Below, one piece after another: positions 18,674-28,048 of a DNA stretch of 60,681 nt. Source of the stretch: Candidatus Moraniibacteriota bacterium (GTDB lineage Bacteria; Patescibacteriota; Minisyncoccia; Moranbacterales; UBA2206); the NCBI GenBank assembly GCA_003483065.1, contig DMWY01000013.1, positions 1-60,681 on the forward strand. Direction: 5' to 3'. The notes beneath the pieces were generated by a model. The model saw nothing but the letters and a program-made list of their open reading frames with translations, did not search any database and was not told the DNA's origin. The number at the start of each line of letters is the position of its first letter. Position 1 is the stretch's first letter. Position numbers and translations under genes: made by a program.

Positions 18674-18760
18674 CGGAAGAGGTGAGATTCGAACTCACGG
18701 AACCCTTTCAGGTTCGACAGTTTTCAAGACTGTTCCCTTCAACCACTCGGGCACTCTTCC
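18674..18760 (-). tRNA. tRNA-Ser (anticodon TGA)
   Basis: GGAAGAGTGCCCGAGTGGTTGAAGGGA..ACAGT-CTTGAAA-ACTGT, long variable arm, GTGAG-TTCGAAT-CTCAC, CTCTTCC-G. Confidence 0.9.
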
Positions 18761-18868
18761 ATATTATTTACTTCGTAAATTAAAAAACCGTTTCCCTCGT
18801 GGTTCCAGGGTTTCTTTTGAAACCCGCCAAATGCTAGTTCGCATTTGGCCCACTCGGGCACTCTTCCA
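18761..18868 (-). other. tRNA-Ser 5' fragment (about 18 nt) followed by two non-tRNA hairpins
   Basis: GGAAGAGTGCCCGAGTGG, then CCAAATGC-gaacta-GCATTTGG and GGGTTTC-aaaa-GAAACCC. No matching 3' acceptor strand. Confidence 0.4.
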
Positions 18869-18882
18869 TATTTTAATTCCGG

Positions 18883-18969
18883 CGGAAAGGGTGGGATTTG
18901 AACCCACGGTCCAGTTGCCCAGACTACTCCTTAGCACGGAGCCGCTTTAGACCACTCAGCCACCTTTCC
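18883..18969 (-). tRNA. tRNA-Ser (anticodon GCT)
   Basis: GGAAAGGTGGCTGAGTGGTCTAAAGCG..GCTCC-GTGCTAA-GGAGT, long variable arm, GTGGG-TTCAAAT-CCCAC, CCTTTCC-G. Confidence 0.9.
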
Positions 18970-19098
18970 ATATATTATAGCCTTATTTCAATTTACAACA
19001 TATTAACTATGAAAGCAAATATTTCTATGCTATTATATAACAAAAGCAAAAATATGTATATAAAAAGAAACCAGGAACAAAAAGAGCAAGAGGAAAAA

Positions 19099-19653
19099 AT
19101 GATAACCGCCCCAGAACCGCAAAAATTTTTGCCACCGGATGATTTTTCCGAATTGGAAGCTCCGCATGATATGCTCATCGAAAAACATTCGCGTGACGTG
19201 CGACTTCATTGGCGCGCACCAGAATTTGAAACATTCGAGCGAGATCGAAAATGGTATTTCTACATTACTGCCATCCTTATCGCAATTGTTGCTTATGCAA
19301 TTTTCACCAATGGTCTTGTGATGGCTATTACTTTTATTCTGATTGGTGTGGTTGGCTATATCTACATTGAAAAAGATCCACGCACTTTGGATTTTATGCT
19401 AACGCGGGATGGCGTAGTGGCAGGAAGAGAAATTTATGATTTTGACAACATTCGATCCTTTTGGGTTTTTTATGAGGAAGATGGTCTGCGTGTCATCAGT
19501 TTGCATACGGAGAGTTATCTCGCGCCTTTCATTCATATCCCCATTCACGATCAAGACCCAACAGAGATCAGAAAGATTCTTTTGGAATATATCCCCGAAG
19601 AAGAACATAAACCAGGAATGATGGATACGCTTGATCGATTATTGAGATTGTAA
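19099..19653 (+). CDS. Hypothetical two-TM membrane protein (start uncertain: 19009, 19054 or 19099)
   Basis: The ORF-track N-terminus overlaps tRNA-Ser(GCT). TM region WYFYITAILIAIVAYAIFTNGLVMAITFILIGVVGYIYI. Confidence 0.6.
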   Translation: MITAPEPQKFLPPDDFSELEAPHDMLIEKHSRDVRLHWRAPEFETFERDRKWYFYITAILIAIVAYAIFTNGLVMAITFILIGVVGYIYIEKDPRTLDFMLTRDGVVAGREIYDFDNIRSFWVFYEEDGLRVISLHTESYLAPFIHIPIHDQDPTEIRKILLEYIPEEEHKPGMMDTLDRLLRL

Positions 19654-19657
19654 AAAA

Positions 19658-20440
19658 TTATTTTTTCTTGATTTCTTGCCTCGCAATTACAACGGCAAAA
19701 ACTTTTTTGGCGCCGGCGGATTTCAGAATTTTCGCTGCTTCAAGGAGAGTGGCGCCGGTGGTACAGATGTCGTCAACTAATAGAATATTTTTGCCCCGTA
19801 GAGACGCAAAATTTTGAGACGCAACATGTTGCGTCTCTACGCTATGATTTAGCGTAAAAATACCCCTGACATTTTTTTGTCTCTCCTGATAATTTTTTAT
19901 TTTCATTTGCGCGGTAGTATATTTTTTTCGAAGAATAAAATTGGAAATAACTGGCAGAGGGAAACTGGGAGTCAAATTTTGGGAAATATATTGAGCAAGA
20001 ATTTCTGATTGATTGAAGCCTCGCCACCTCTGGCGCCTAGGATGAAGGGGAATAGGAATGATGAAATCTGGCAAGGGTGAATTATGAAAAACAATAGCCT
20101 CACACATAATTTTAGCTAAAATTTCACCCAAGTCAGGAATGAAATTATACTTAAAACAATGGACTAGGCGGGAAAGCCCATTTTTTTCGTATTTAGCACT
20201 CACAATAAGAAAATCTAGTGGCCAAATTTCATTTTTGGCTAAGAATTTATCCTTGCATTTTGGACAAATTCGGCCATTTGGCGAGATTGTTTTTTCACAA
20301 TAGGGACAAACCTGATCCAAAAGCAAAGGAATTTTTTGAACACATTCTTGACAAACCCACGCGCCATATTTTTGGCAATACAAGCAATGGATAGGAAAAA
20401 GTGTATCTAAAATAAAGCTTTTGATTTTTTTGAAAGACAT
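19658..20440 (-). CDS. comFC: ComF-family phosphoribosyltransferase (ComFC)
   Basis: N-terminal double zinc ribbon (CLYCQK..CQEC..CPYCEK..CPKC) and PRTase motif ILLVDDICTTGATL. Confidence 0.88.
   Translation of the reverse strand: MSFKKIKSFILDTLFPIHCLYCQKYGAWVCQECVQKIPLLLDQVCPYCEKTISPNGRICPKCKDKFLAKNEIWPLDFLIVSAKYEKNGLSRLVHCFKYNFIPDLGEILAKIMCEAIVFHNSPLPDFIIPIPLHPRRQRWRGFNQSEILAQYISQNLTPSFPLPVISNFILRKKYTTAQMKIKNYQERQKNVRGIFTLNHSVETQHVASQNFASLRGKNILLVDDICTTGATLLEAAKILKSAGAKKVFAVVIARQEIKKK
19796..19842. repeat. Palindromic element inserted in frame in comFC
   Basis: Perfect 22-nt palindrome GAGACGCAACATGTTGCGTCTC (19816-19837) plus an upstream GTAGAGACGCAA copy; encodes VETQHVASQNFASLRG. Confidence 0.75.
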
Positions 20441-20448
20441 CTTTTCCC

Positions 20449-20527
20449 TTACGAATTACGAATCCATACGAATGTACGAATAATTAATTATAACATTAGT
20501 ATATTCGTATGGATTCGTAATTCGTAA
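20449..20527. repeat. 25-bp perfect inverted repeat (TACGAAT-rich) with a 29-nt spacer in the comFC/pilM divergent region
   Basis: TTACGAATTACGAATCCATACGAAT (20449-20473) and its exact reverse complement at 20503-20527. Confidence 0.85.
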
Positions 20528-20535
20528 AGACTCCC

Positions 20536-20586
20536 TGTGGATAACTTTTTAAATTAGTAGTTGAAAATTAAAAAATGTGGTATAAT
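20536..20586 (+). promoter_or_regulatory. TGTGGATAA motif 36 nt upstream of the extended -10 TGTGGTATAAT (pilus operon promoter candidate)
   Basis: Motif at 20536-20544; TATAAT at 20581-20586. Confidence 0.5.
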
Positions 20587-20633
20587 TAGCTTGTGGAAAA
20601 AAGACATTATAATTTAAATATAAAAAAACAAAA

Positions 20634-21701
20634 ATGTTTGGTTTTAGTTTTGGTAGAAAAAAAGTATTAGGAATTGATATCGGTGCTTCATCTTTGAAAA
20701 TAATAGAATTGGAGTTGCGTTCTGGCAAGCCCTATCTTTCTAATTATGCCTGGATGAAAATTCCTGATATTGCGGAAAAAAATAAGGCAACTGGTTCAAA
20801 TTTTTTTGAAAAAGCCATTCCGGAATATTTAAAAAGAATTATAAAAGTTTCTGACATTAGCACCAAAAAAGTCTATGCCTCAATTCCATCTTTCGGGGGT
20901 CTTATCACCCTGATTGATTTTCCTAAAATGACATCGGCAGATATGGAACAGGCGATAAAATTTGAAGCACATAAATATATTCCAACTTCTTTGGATGAGG
21001 TAGTGATTAGTTGGGAAATTATCAAGGATGAAGTTGGGGAAGAAAAAGATACTAATAAAAATGTCCAAGTCCTTTTGGTAGCCGCCTCTCGAAACAAGGT
21101 TTTGGCTTATGAGAAAATTATAAAAGATTCCAATCTTAAACTTCTGGGAATTGAAATGGAAAATCTAGCCATGGTTGATTCGTTGGTGGGCAATGACTTG
21201 GGTAATTTCATAATCCTAGATATAGGCTATCGAGTTTGTAACATAATTTATACAGAAAAAGGAATTATCAAAGCTAACCGCAATATTGATGCTGGCGGAA
21301 GTGATATCACAAGAACTATCGCTACAAGTTTAGGGATAACTCCGGAAAGAGCGGAAATGATGAAAGTGTCGGGAAAAGATTTTTTTAGCATAGAATCAAG
21401 CCTCAATTTTCCAGCTATTGATTTGATTGTGGGCGAAATTTCTAGAATAATTGGTGCTTTACCAAAAAAGGAAAATGGTTCCAGTGTGGATGCATTGATT
21501 CTTTCCGGTGGTACAGCTAATTTTGCGGGCCTGGAAAAGTTCATTGCTGATAAACTGGGTCTCAAGACAATGGTAGGCAATCCATTTGGCCGGATTGGCT
21601 ATGATAAGAATGTGGAGCCAGCGATAGAAAAAATCAAAAATCAATTCTCTGTAGCTATGGGTCTCGCGCTTAAAGGTATAGAGGATTTACGAGAAAAATA
21701 A
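20634..21701 (+). CDS. pilM: Type IV pilus assembly ATPase-like protein PilM
   Basis: Actin-like fold start GIDIGASSLKIIEL; ..LDIGYRVCNI..; LSGGTANFAGL. Confidence 0.88.
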   Translation: MFGFSFGRKKVLGIDIGASSLKIIELELRSGKPYLSNYAWMKIPDIAEKNKATGSNFFEKAIPEYLKRIIKVSDISTKKVYASIPSFGGLITLIDFPKMTSADMEQAIKFEAHKYIPTSLDEVVISWEIIKDEVGEEKDTNKNVQVLLVAASRNKVLAYEKIIKDSNLKLLGIEMENLAMVDSLVGNDLGNFIILDIGYRVCNIIYTEKGIIKANRNIDAGGSDITRTIATSLGITPERAEMMKVSGKDFFSIESSLNFPAIDLIVGEISRIIGALPKKENGSSVDALILSGGTANFAGLEKFIADKLGLKTMVGNPFGRIGYDKNVEPAIEKIKNQFSVAMGLALKGIEDLREK

Positions 21702-21731
21702 ATAATTAATAAAATTAATAAATAAAAAAAT

Positions 21732-22256
21732 ATGCCAAATATAAATTTAGCGACGGAAGATATTACAAAAAAGAATCCTAATGCGATGGGAACAGGTCTG
21801 ATCGTTTCTATTGTTATCCTGATTCTCGTCTTTGTTTTATATGGAGCACTGCTTATCACTAATCGTGTCCTTTCTTCAAAGATTGAAGGAGTTAAGGGCG
21901 AATATGATATTGAATACAATAAATTTCTAGCAGGCAATGGCAATGAAATTATTGATTTCAAAAATCGCAGTGACGCCGCGGAGAAAATAATAGCCGAAAA
22001 TAAATCTATGGCAGATGTTTTGAGTCAAGTGGAAAAATCCATTCTGCCGGCGGTTTATTTGACTTCTTTTAAATACGACAAAAGCAAACAAATGATTTCC
22101 ATTAATTGCATCGGAGATAGTTTTCAAACAGTCGCCAAGCAAATTTTGAGTTTTAAGCAAAATAATTATTTCTCTGGTGTTATCCCTGGTCGAAGTTCCA
22201 TATCTGGCAAAGAGAATAATAAGATAAGTTTTTCTATAGATTTAATAATAAAATAA
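21732..22256 (+). CDS. PilN-like pilus assembly protein
   Basis: N-terminal INLA motif followed by one TM helix; positioned after pilM. Confidence 0.55.
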   Translation: MPNINLATEDITKKNPNAMGTGLIVSIVILILVFVLYGALLITNRVLSSKIEGVKGEYDIEYNKFLAGNGNEIIDFKNRSDAAEKIIAENKSMADVLSQVEKSILPAVYLTSFKYDKSKQMISINCIGDSFQTVAKQILSFKQNNYFSGVIPGRSSISGKENNKISFSIDLIIK

Positions 22257-22268
22257 TAAAATAAAAAT

Positions 22269-23045
22269 ATGAAGGTAAAAATATTATTGATGCCCCTTAT
22301 AATAGTAATCGTAGTGGCTATTTCTATCTGGTTGGTTTATCCGACCTATTCCAATGGATCTACTGGAGTAAAGGAAAATTATACTAAATTTAAGGATGAA
22401 CAAACAAAACTAACGGAACTGCTTGGGAAAAGTGAAAATGCCAATAGTCTTTCTTCGCAAATTTCTTCTTTGTCAGAAAAAGATGTGCTCTATAATTTTG
22501 TTCCAGTAGAAAAAAAGGAGGAAGAAATAGTTAATAGCTTAATTAATTTGGCTTCAACTTCTGGGTTGTTACTTTTTGATGAAATGGTAAATCAACCGGC
22601 CAAGGAAATCCAAGTTGTTGAAGAGCCTGTTCCTGCTCCAGTGCCTGCCCTTGATGCTAATGGTGTTACCTTGCCAGTTACTATGTCTAAAATGCAAAAT
22701 CTCAAAACAGAGATAAAATTAGCTGGTAGTTATGAAAAAATAAAAGATTTTTTGACTAGTCTTGGGAAGCTCAATCGCAGTAATGTTTTTGAAACATTAG
22801 AAATAAGCAAGAGTAGCTCGGCTGGTCAACCAGAAGCAGATTCGAATATTCTTTTGATTAGCGCGGCTGTGAATTTTAATGTTTTAAAAAATACTAAGCT
22901 AAATAGTTCTAATATTGGTAGCTCTATTTTGGATAGTCCAAATCTAGAAACGAAAGTTATTTCAGATATTAAAAGTCAAAAAAATGCTAATAATTTTCAG
23001 TTAAATATTGAGCAAACAGGAAAGAGCAATCTTTTTCAGCCATAA
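22269..23045 (+). CDS. PilO-like pilus assembly protein
   Basis: N-terminal TM helix plus a coiled-coil region. Assigned by position and topology only. Confidence 0.45.
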   Translation: MKVKILLMPLIIVIVVAISIWLVYPTYSNGSTGVKENYTKFKDEQTKLTELLGKSENANSLSSQISSLSEKDVLYNFVPVEKKEEEIVNSLINLASTSGLLLFDEMVNQPAKEIQVVEEPVPAPVPALDANGVTLPVTMSKMQNLKTEIKLAGSYEKIKDFLTSLGKLNRSNVFETLEISKSSSAGQPEADSNILLISAAVNFNVLKNTKLNSSNIGSSILDSPNLETKVISDIKSQKNANNFQLNIEQTGKSNLFQP

Positions 23046-23057
23046 TTTTTTCTCTAT

Positions 23058-24686
23058 ATGCCAGATAATTTACCTATTACTACTGACATCGCGCGATTAG
23101 AAAAAGCTCCCAAGAAAGTAGAAGAAAAAGCGATAAATCTCATTCCTAAAGAAGTTTCAGAGAAATATAAGATTGTAGCTTTTGAAAAAAAGGGAAACTT
23201 AGTGAAAATTGCGATGATCAATCCGAAGGACATGGGAGCCCTCAATGCTTTGCGTTTTGTGGCGGAAAAAGAAAGTGTAGAAATAGAAGTTTATCAAGTT
23301 AGTGAGGAAGTTTTCCGAGAGATTATTGATAAATATAGTAGCCCCGTGGAAGCTCTCAAAGAGGCGGTAAAATCATTCAAAAATGAAGTAGTTTTCGATG
23401 AAGAAAGCGAAGAAGATAAACTAGGAAAAAATCAAAAGCAGAGTGAATTCTTGAAGGACGCCCCTGTTACTAAATTAGTAGAAGTTATCATTGGTCATGC
23501 CGTGGAAGGAAGTGCTAGTGACATTCATATTGAACCAATGGATCATGATTATCGTGTGAGGTTTCGCGTGGACGGAATTTTGCATGTGAGTCTTATCATG
23601 CCCAAGGAAATCGGACCAGCGGTAATTTCTCGGATAAAAATTCTAGCTAATCTAAAGATTGATGAAAAAAGAAAGCCACAAGACGGAAGATTTAGAACGA
23701 TAAATGAAGGCAAAGAAATAGATTTTCGCGTTTCAACTTTGCCTGTTATTTCTGGGGAAAAAATAGTGATGCGAATTCTTGACAAAGACCAAGGCTTGTC
23801 GAGCATTGAAACATTAGGACTTTTTGGAACAGCTTTGGAAAATGTCAAAAAGGCCTTAGGAGAAACTTATGGTATGATACTTTTTACTGGCCCAACAGGA
23901 AGCGGAAAGTCAACTTCTCTATATGCCCTTTTGAAAATATTGAATATCGAAGAAAGAAATATCATCACACTTGAAGATCCGATTGAATATAACATCGAAG
24001 GTTTGAACCAAAGCCAAATCAAGCCGGAAATAGGCTATACCTTTGCCTCAGGTCTACGCACAATTTTGCGTCAAGATCCAAATGTTATTATGGTAGGCGA
24101 AATTCGAGACGCTGAAACAGCTGAACTCGCAGTGCACGCCGCCCTTACCGGGCATCTAATGTTTTCGACATTGCACACTAACACAGCTGTGGGAGCTATT
24201 CCAAGACTTATTGATATGGGAATAGAACCATTTCTTTTGGCTTCATCACTTCGCATCGTGGTAGCACAACGACTGGTGCGAAAAATATGCGATAAATGCA
24301 AAGAAGAAAAAAAAGTTCCTGAATCAGTGAGAAAAGCTATAGAAAAGGGGATAGCTGATGTCTGCGAAGATGAACTGAAAAAATATGGCGTTGACAGAAA
24401 AGAAGAGATAAAATTTTATCATGGCAAAGGTTGTGATGTTTGCAACGGCACGGGTCTTCGTGGACGCTTAGCGATATATGAAGCGGTGCCAGTTAATGAA
24501 AATATAAAAAATATAATTATAGAAAAAAGAGGTAATGAAGAAATGATTGACAAAGAAAGAATTGATTTGGGTGTTCTAACTATTAAACAAGATGGAATAT
24601 TAAAAATAATCAAAGGTCTCACCACCATTGAAGAAATAGACAGGGTGACGGAGGGTAATATGGCGCTAGAAGAAGAAAATGATTAA
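23058..24686 (+). CDS. pilB: Type IV pilus assembly ATPase PilB (GspE family)
   Basis: N-terminal T2SSE_N-like domain, Walker A GPTGSGKSTSLYA, Asp/His boxes, tetracysteine CDKC..CDVC. Confidence 0.92.
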   Translation: MPDNLPITTDIARLEKAPKKVEEKAINLIPKEVSEKYKIVAFEKKGNLVKIAMINPKDMGALNALRFVAEKESVEIEVYQVSEEVFREIIDKYSSPVEALKEAVKSFKNEVVFDEESEEDKLGKNQKQSEFLKDAPVTKLVEVIIGHAVEGSASDIHIEPMDHDYRVRFRVDGILHVSLIMPKEIGPAVISRIKILANLKIDEKRKPQDGRFRTINEGKEIDFRVSTLPVISGEKIVMRILDKDQGLSSIETLGLFGTALENVKKALGETYGMILFTGPTGSGKSTSLYALLKILNIEERNIITLEDPIEYNIEGLNQSQIKPEIGYTFASGLRTILRQDPNVIMVGEIRDAETAELAVHAALTGHLMFSTLHTNTAVGAIPRLIDMGIEPFLLASSLRIVVAQRLVRKICDKCKEEKKVPESVRKAIEKGIADVCEDELKKYGVDRKEEIKFYHGKGCDVCNGTGLRGRLAIYEAVPVNENIKNIIIEKRGNEEMIDKERIDLGVLTIKQDGILKIIKGLTTIEEIDRVTEGNMALEEEND

Positions 24687-24709
24687 CCTTAAATTTTAAT
24701 AATAAAACT

Positions 24710-25090
24710 ATGGATGCAACAAAAAAAACCATAATGATAGTCGAAGACGATACTTTTGTAATGGATATTTATGAAACTAAGATAGCCAAGGATGGAATGA
24801 ATGTGATTTCGGCAAATAACGGGATGGAAGCGATAAAGAAATTAGAAGAGGGGGCGAAACCAGATCTCATTCTCTTGGATATTTTGATGCCATATATGAA
24901 TGGTTTGGAGTTTCTAAAAAAGGTAAAAGAAGATGAAAATTTGAAAAATATTCCGATTGTGCTTCTTACTAACTTGAGTCAAAAAGAAGAAATTCAAGAA
25001 GGGATTGGTTTAGGAGCTAAGGATTATTTGATTAAATCTCACTTCACCCCTTCGGAAGTTATGGAAAAAATTAATAAATATTTACAATAA
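24710..25090 (+). CDS. Stand-alone response-regulator receiver domain (CheY/PilH-like)
   Basis: IMIVEDD..DLILLDILMPYMNG..LLTNLSQ..KDYLIKS. Confidence 0.85.
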   Translation: MDATKKTIMIVEDDTFVMDIYETKIAKDGMNVISANNGMEAIKKLEEGAKPDLILLDILMPYMNGLEFLKKVKEDENLKNIPIVLLTNLSQKEEIQEGIGLGAKDYLIKSHFTPSEVMEKINKYLQ

Positions 25091-25095
25091 ATTTT

Positions 25096-26166
25096 ATGGC
25101 TCACGCAGAACAAAGGATAAAAAATTTGTTGCGACTTTCAGCACAACAAGGTGCATCGGATCTTCATCTAACTGTTTCTCGTTATCCAACCTTTCGCATA
25201 GATGGAAAGTTGGTACCGCTCACCGAGGAAAATATTTTGACCCCAGAGGACACGCGTGAGATGTGTGATGTGATTTTGACCGAGGAAAAAAAGAAAATAT
25301 TCTTGAAAGAAGGTCAGGTGGATTTTTCCTATAACTTCGAAGACAAAGTGCGTTTTCGTGTCAATGCTTTTTTTCAGCAAAGTTATGTGAGTGTAGCTTT
25401 TCGTTTGATTTCAAATGATATAAAAACACTGGGAGAATTGAATATGCCAGAAGCACTCTATGAATTTACCAAAGCTTCTCAGGGGCTGGTTCTTTTTGTT
25501 GGACCAACAGGGCAGGGGAAGTCAACTACCTTGGCAGCTTTGATTAATGAAATAAATCATACCCAAGAAAAGCATATTATCACGATTGAAGATCCAATTG
25601 AATATATTTATCAGCAAGATCGCTGTTTGATTGAACAAAGAGAAGTATATCAAGACTCACAATCTTTCCCTTTGGCTCTGCGGGCGATTTTTCGCGAAGA
25701 TGCCAATGTGATTTTGCTTGGAGAAATGCGAGATCTCGACACTATTTCAACTGCCCTTACAGCAGCCGAAACCGGTCATCTGATTTTTGCAACACTACAC
25801 ACTAATGATAGCGCACAAACAATTGATCGTATTGTGGATGTTTTCCCGTCACATCAGCAAAATCAAGTCAGGTCGCAACTTGCCAGTGTTCTTCTGGCGG
25901 TAGTTTCTCAGCGGTTGTTGCCCAGGATTGATGGCGGAAGAATTCCGGCAGTGGAAGTAATGATAAAAAATCATGCAGTAGAAAATCTTATTCGAGAAAA
26001 TAAAGCCTATCAAATTGACAATGTGATTGAGACTGGCTTTGAAGAGGGGATGGTGGCAATGGATAAATCATTAGCAACCTTAGTTAAGCAAGGAATAATT
26101 TCTTTGGAAACTGCCAAAACGCATGCTAAGGATGCTAAGAACTTTGAAGCGCTAGTGAGATATTAA
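25096..26166 (+). CDS. pilT: Twitching-motility retraction ATPase PilT
   Basis: GASDLHL, GPTGQGKSTTLAA, ITIEDPIEY, ILLGEMRD, GHLIFATLHTN. Confidence 0.92.
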   Translation: MAHAEQRIKNLLRLSAQQGASDLHLTVSRYPTFRIDGKLVPLTEENILTPEDTREMCDVILTEEKKKIFLKEGQVDFSYNFEDKVRFRVNAFFQQSYVSVAFRLISNDIKTLGELNMPEALYEFTKASQGLVLFVGPTGQGKSTTLAALINEINHTQEKHIITIEDPIEYIYQQDRCLIEQREVYQDSQSFPLALRAIFREDANVILLGEMRDLDTISTALTAAETGHLIFATLHTNDSAQTIDRIVDVFPSHQQNQVRSQLASVLLAVVSQRLLPRIDGGRIPAVEVMIKNHAVENLIRENKAYQIDNVIETGFEEGMVAMDKSLATLVKQGIISLETAKTHAKDAKNFEALVRY

Positions 26167-26226
26167 TTTAGTACTAGTCGAAATTTAAAATTTATGCTAA
26201 TATTAAATTAGAAAAAAAATAAAAAT

Positions 26227-27438
26227 ATGAAATTTAAATTTAAAGCTAAAACATATTCTGGGGAATACAAAGAAGGTATCATCAATGCTTCTTCACGAGA
26301 ATTGGCCACAACAATTTTGCAGAAAAACAACTTGTTGCCAATCAGCATTCAAGGAGAAGAGCCAGAGAGCGATTTCCTCAAAGCATTTTTGAAATACTAT
26401 GATCGTGTCACAGAAAAAGAGCTGGTGATTTTCTTTCGCCAACTAGCCATCCTCATCGAGGCTCGTGTGCCAATTGTGGTTTCTCTTTCAGCTATCAATG
26501 AACAGACTACTAATAAATATTTTGTCAAAGTCATCCAAGAAATGATAAATGACATTGAAGACGGAATGTCATTTTCTGGTTCTATGGAAAAACACAAGGA
26601 TGTTTTTTCCAATCTTTCGATAAATATAATCAAAGCTGGTGAAGCTTCAGGAAATTTGAAAAAATCTGTTGACTATGTGGCGGAAAATATTGAAAAAAAT
26701 TATACTCTCGCTTCCAGAGTAAAGTCCGCCCTTATCTATCCAGCTTTAGTGTTGCTCGTATTTTTTATTATTGGTTTTTTGGTAGTTTCTTTTATTATTC
26801 CTAAGCTTACTGGCATCATAAAAGAAATGAATGCTGATGTGCCTTGGTACACGACTGTGGTGATTGTGGTGGGCGATTTTATGGCCGTTTATTGGTGGGC
26901 AATCGCGCTTGTGATCATCGCTTTTATTGGTGCCTTTTTCTATTATCTAAATACTGAGGAAGGAAAAAAAGAATGGGATCAGATAAAGATAAAATTGCCA
27001 ATCGTAGGACCAATTTTTCGCTATGTCTACATTACTCGTTTTGCGGAAAATTTGAGCGTGCTTCTCACAGGCGGAATTCCCATTATTCGAGCGCTCACCA
27101 TTGTGAGTTCAGTGATCAACAATGTTGTTTTTGAAAATATTTTTTTGGCCGCTGCCGAAGAAGTGAAAAGAGGGGGGAATATGAGTACAATCCTCAAGAA
27201 AAGTTCTGACATTCCGCCAATGGTGACGCATATGGTGAAAATCGGAGAAGAATCAGGGCAAATCGACTCAGTGCTAGGGCACATCGCCAGATTTTATGAT
27301 CAAGAGACAGAGGTGATGACAAAGAACTTGGCTACACTTCTCGAACCACTCCTTATGATTTTTATCGGTGTGGCAGTGGGCTTTATGGCTTTTGCAATTT
27401 TGATGCCGATATATAATATTGCAGGGCAGATAAAATAG
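26227..27438 (+). CDS. pilC: Type IV pilus platform protein PilC (GspF family)
   Basis: Two GspF repeats (ELVIFFRQLAILIEARVPIV; FAENLSVLLTGGIPIIRAL), polytopic membrane protein. Confidence 0.92.
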   Translation: MKFKFKAKTYSGEYKEGIINASSRELATTILQKNNLLPISIQGEEPESDFLKAFLKYYDRVTEKELVIFFRQLAILIEARVPIVVSLSAINEQTTNKYFVKVIQEMINDIEDGMSFSGSMEKHKDVFSNLSINIIKAGEASGNLKKSVDYVAENIEKNYTLASRVKSALIYPALVLLVFFIIGFLVVSFIIPKLTGIIKEMNADVPWYTTVVIVVGDFMAVYWWAIALVIIAFIGAFFYYLNTEEGKKEWDQIKIKLPIVGPIFRYVYITRFAENLSVLLTGGIPIIRALTIVSSVINNVVFENIFLAAAEEVKRGGNMSTILKKSSDIPPMVTHMVKIGEESGQIDSVLGHIARFYDQETEVMTKNLATLLEPLLMIFIGVAVGFMAFAILMPIYNIAGQIK

Positions 27439-27514
27439 AAAATTAATTTGTAGATATTTGGCAGATTTAATATAGAAGAAAAGTAAATATAAAAATAGAA
27501 AGGCAGGTGAAAAT

Positions 27515-27934
27515 ATGACAAAGAAAAAAACAACAAAAAAAGTTGCCAAAAAAGCAACTAAGAAAAAGAAGGGATTCACCCTGATCGAACTTTTGATCGT
27601 TATCGCCATTATTGGTATTTTGGCTTCGATTGTGTTGGTTAGTTTGAGTTCAGCAAGACAAAAAGCTACTGTGGCAGCTATTAAGGGTGAAATTTCTGGT
27701 GCTATGCCTGCGCTTATAAGTGCTTGCGATACAAGCGATACTGAACTTGCAAATGCTATAACTGCCTTTAATACGGCCAGTTCTAGAGTTACTCTTGCTA
27801 CCACAGGAACTCCAAGTTGTGGTATAGCTGGTGCTGGAACTTTTGCTGGAACAGCTACCCCTGATGTTACGACAACTGGATGTGGCGAAGTTACTTACAC
27901 CGATGGTAATGTAAATTGGACAGCTTGTCCATAA
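27515..27934 (+). CDS. Type IV pilin (likely major) with a 20-aa Lys-rich leader
   Basis: MTKKKTTKKVAKKATKKKKG|FTLIELLIVIAIIGILASIVL. Confidence 0.85.
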   Translation: MTKKKTTKKVAKKATKKKKGFTLIELLIVIAIIGILASIVLVSLSSARQKATVAAIKGEISGAMPALISACDTSDTELANAITAFNTASSRVTLATTGTPSCGIAGAGTFAGTATPDVTTTGCGEVTYTDGNVNWTACP

Positions 27935-28048
27935 TTTTGTTTTCACACTTGCCAATTTACCCGCCTAGGCGAAATTGGCAAGCTCCCAGACTAACTTTTA
28001 AAAATAAAAAGGTTGGTGCGGGAGCTTAAAAGAAAGTTTTAAATTTTT

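Noticed and set aside
18636-19008. ORFs 18636..18950 (+) and the N-terminal part of 18898..19653 (+)
   Set aside because: They run antisense across two well-formed tRNA-Ser genes and the tRNA-like fragment. The translated sequence is simply the complement of the tRNA arms. Only the part downstream of ~19009 is plausible as coding.
1782-20544. DnaA-box matches as a replication origin
   Set aside because: The four boxes are single and kilobases apart, each is tied to a promoter, and there is no cluster, no AT-rich unwinding element beside a cluster, and no dnaA or dnaN gene in the window.
27274-27804. 176-aa minus-strand ORF, and 27300..27557
   Set aside because: It is antisense to the well-supported pilC 3' end and the pilin gene, and is low-complexity (F/L/K-rich) as expected from the complement of Lys-rich coding sequence.
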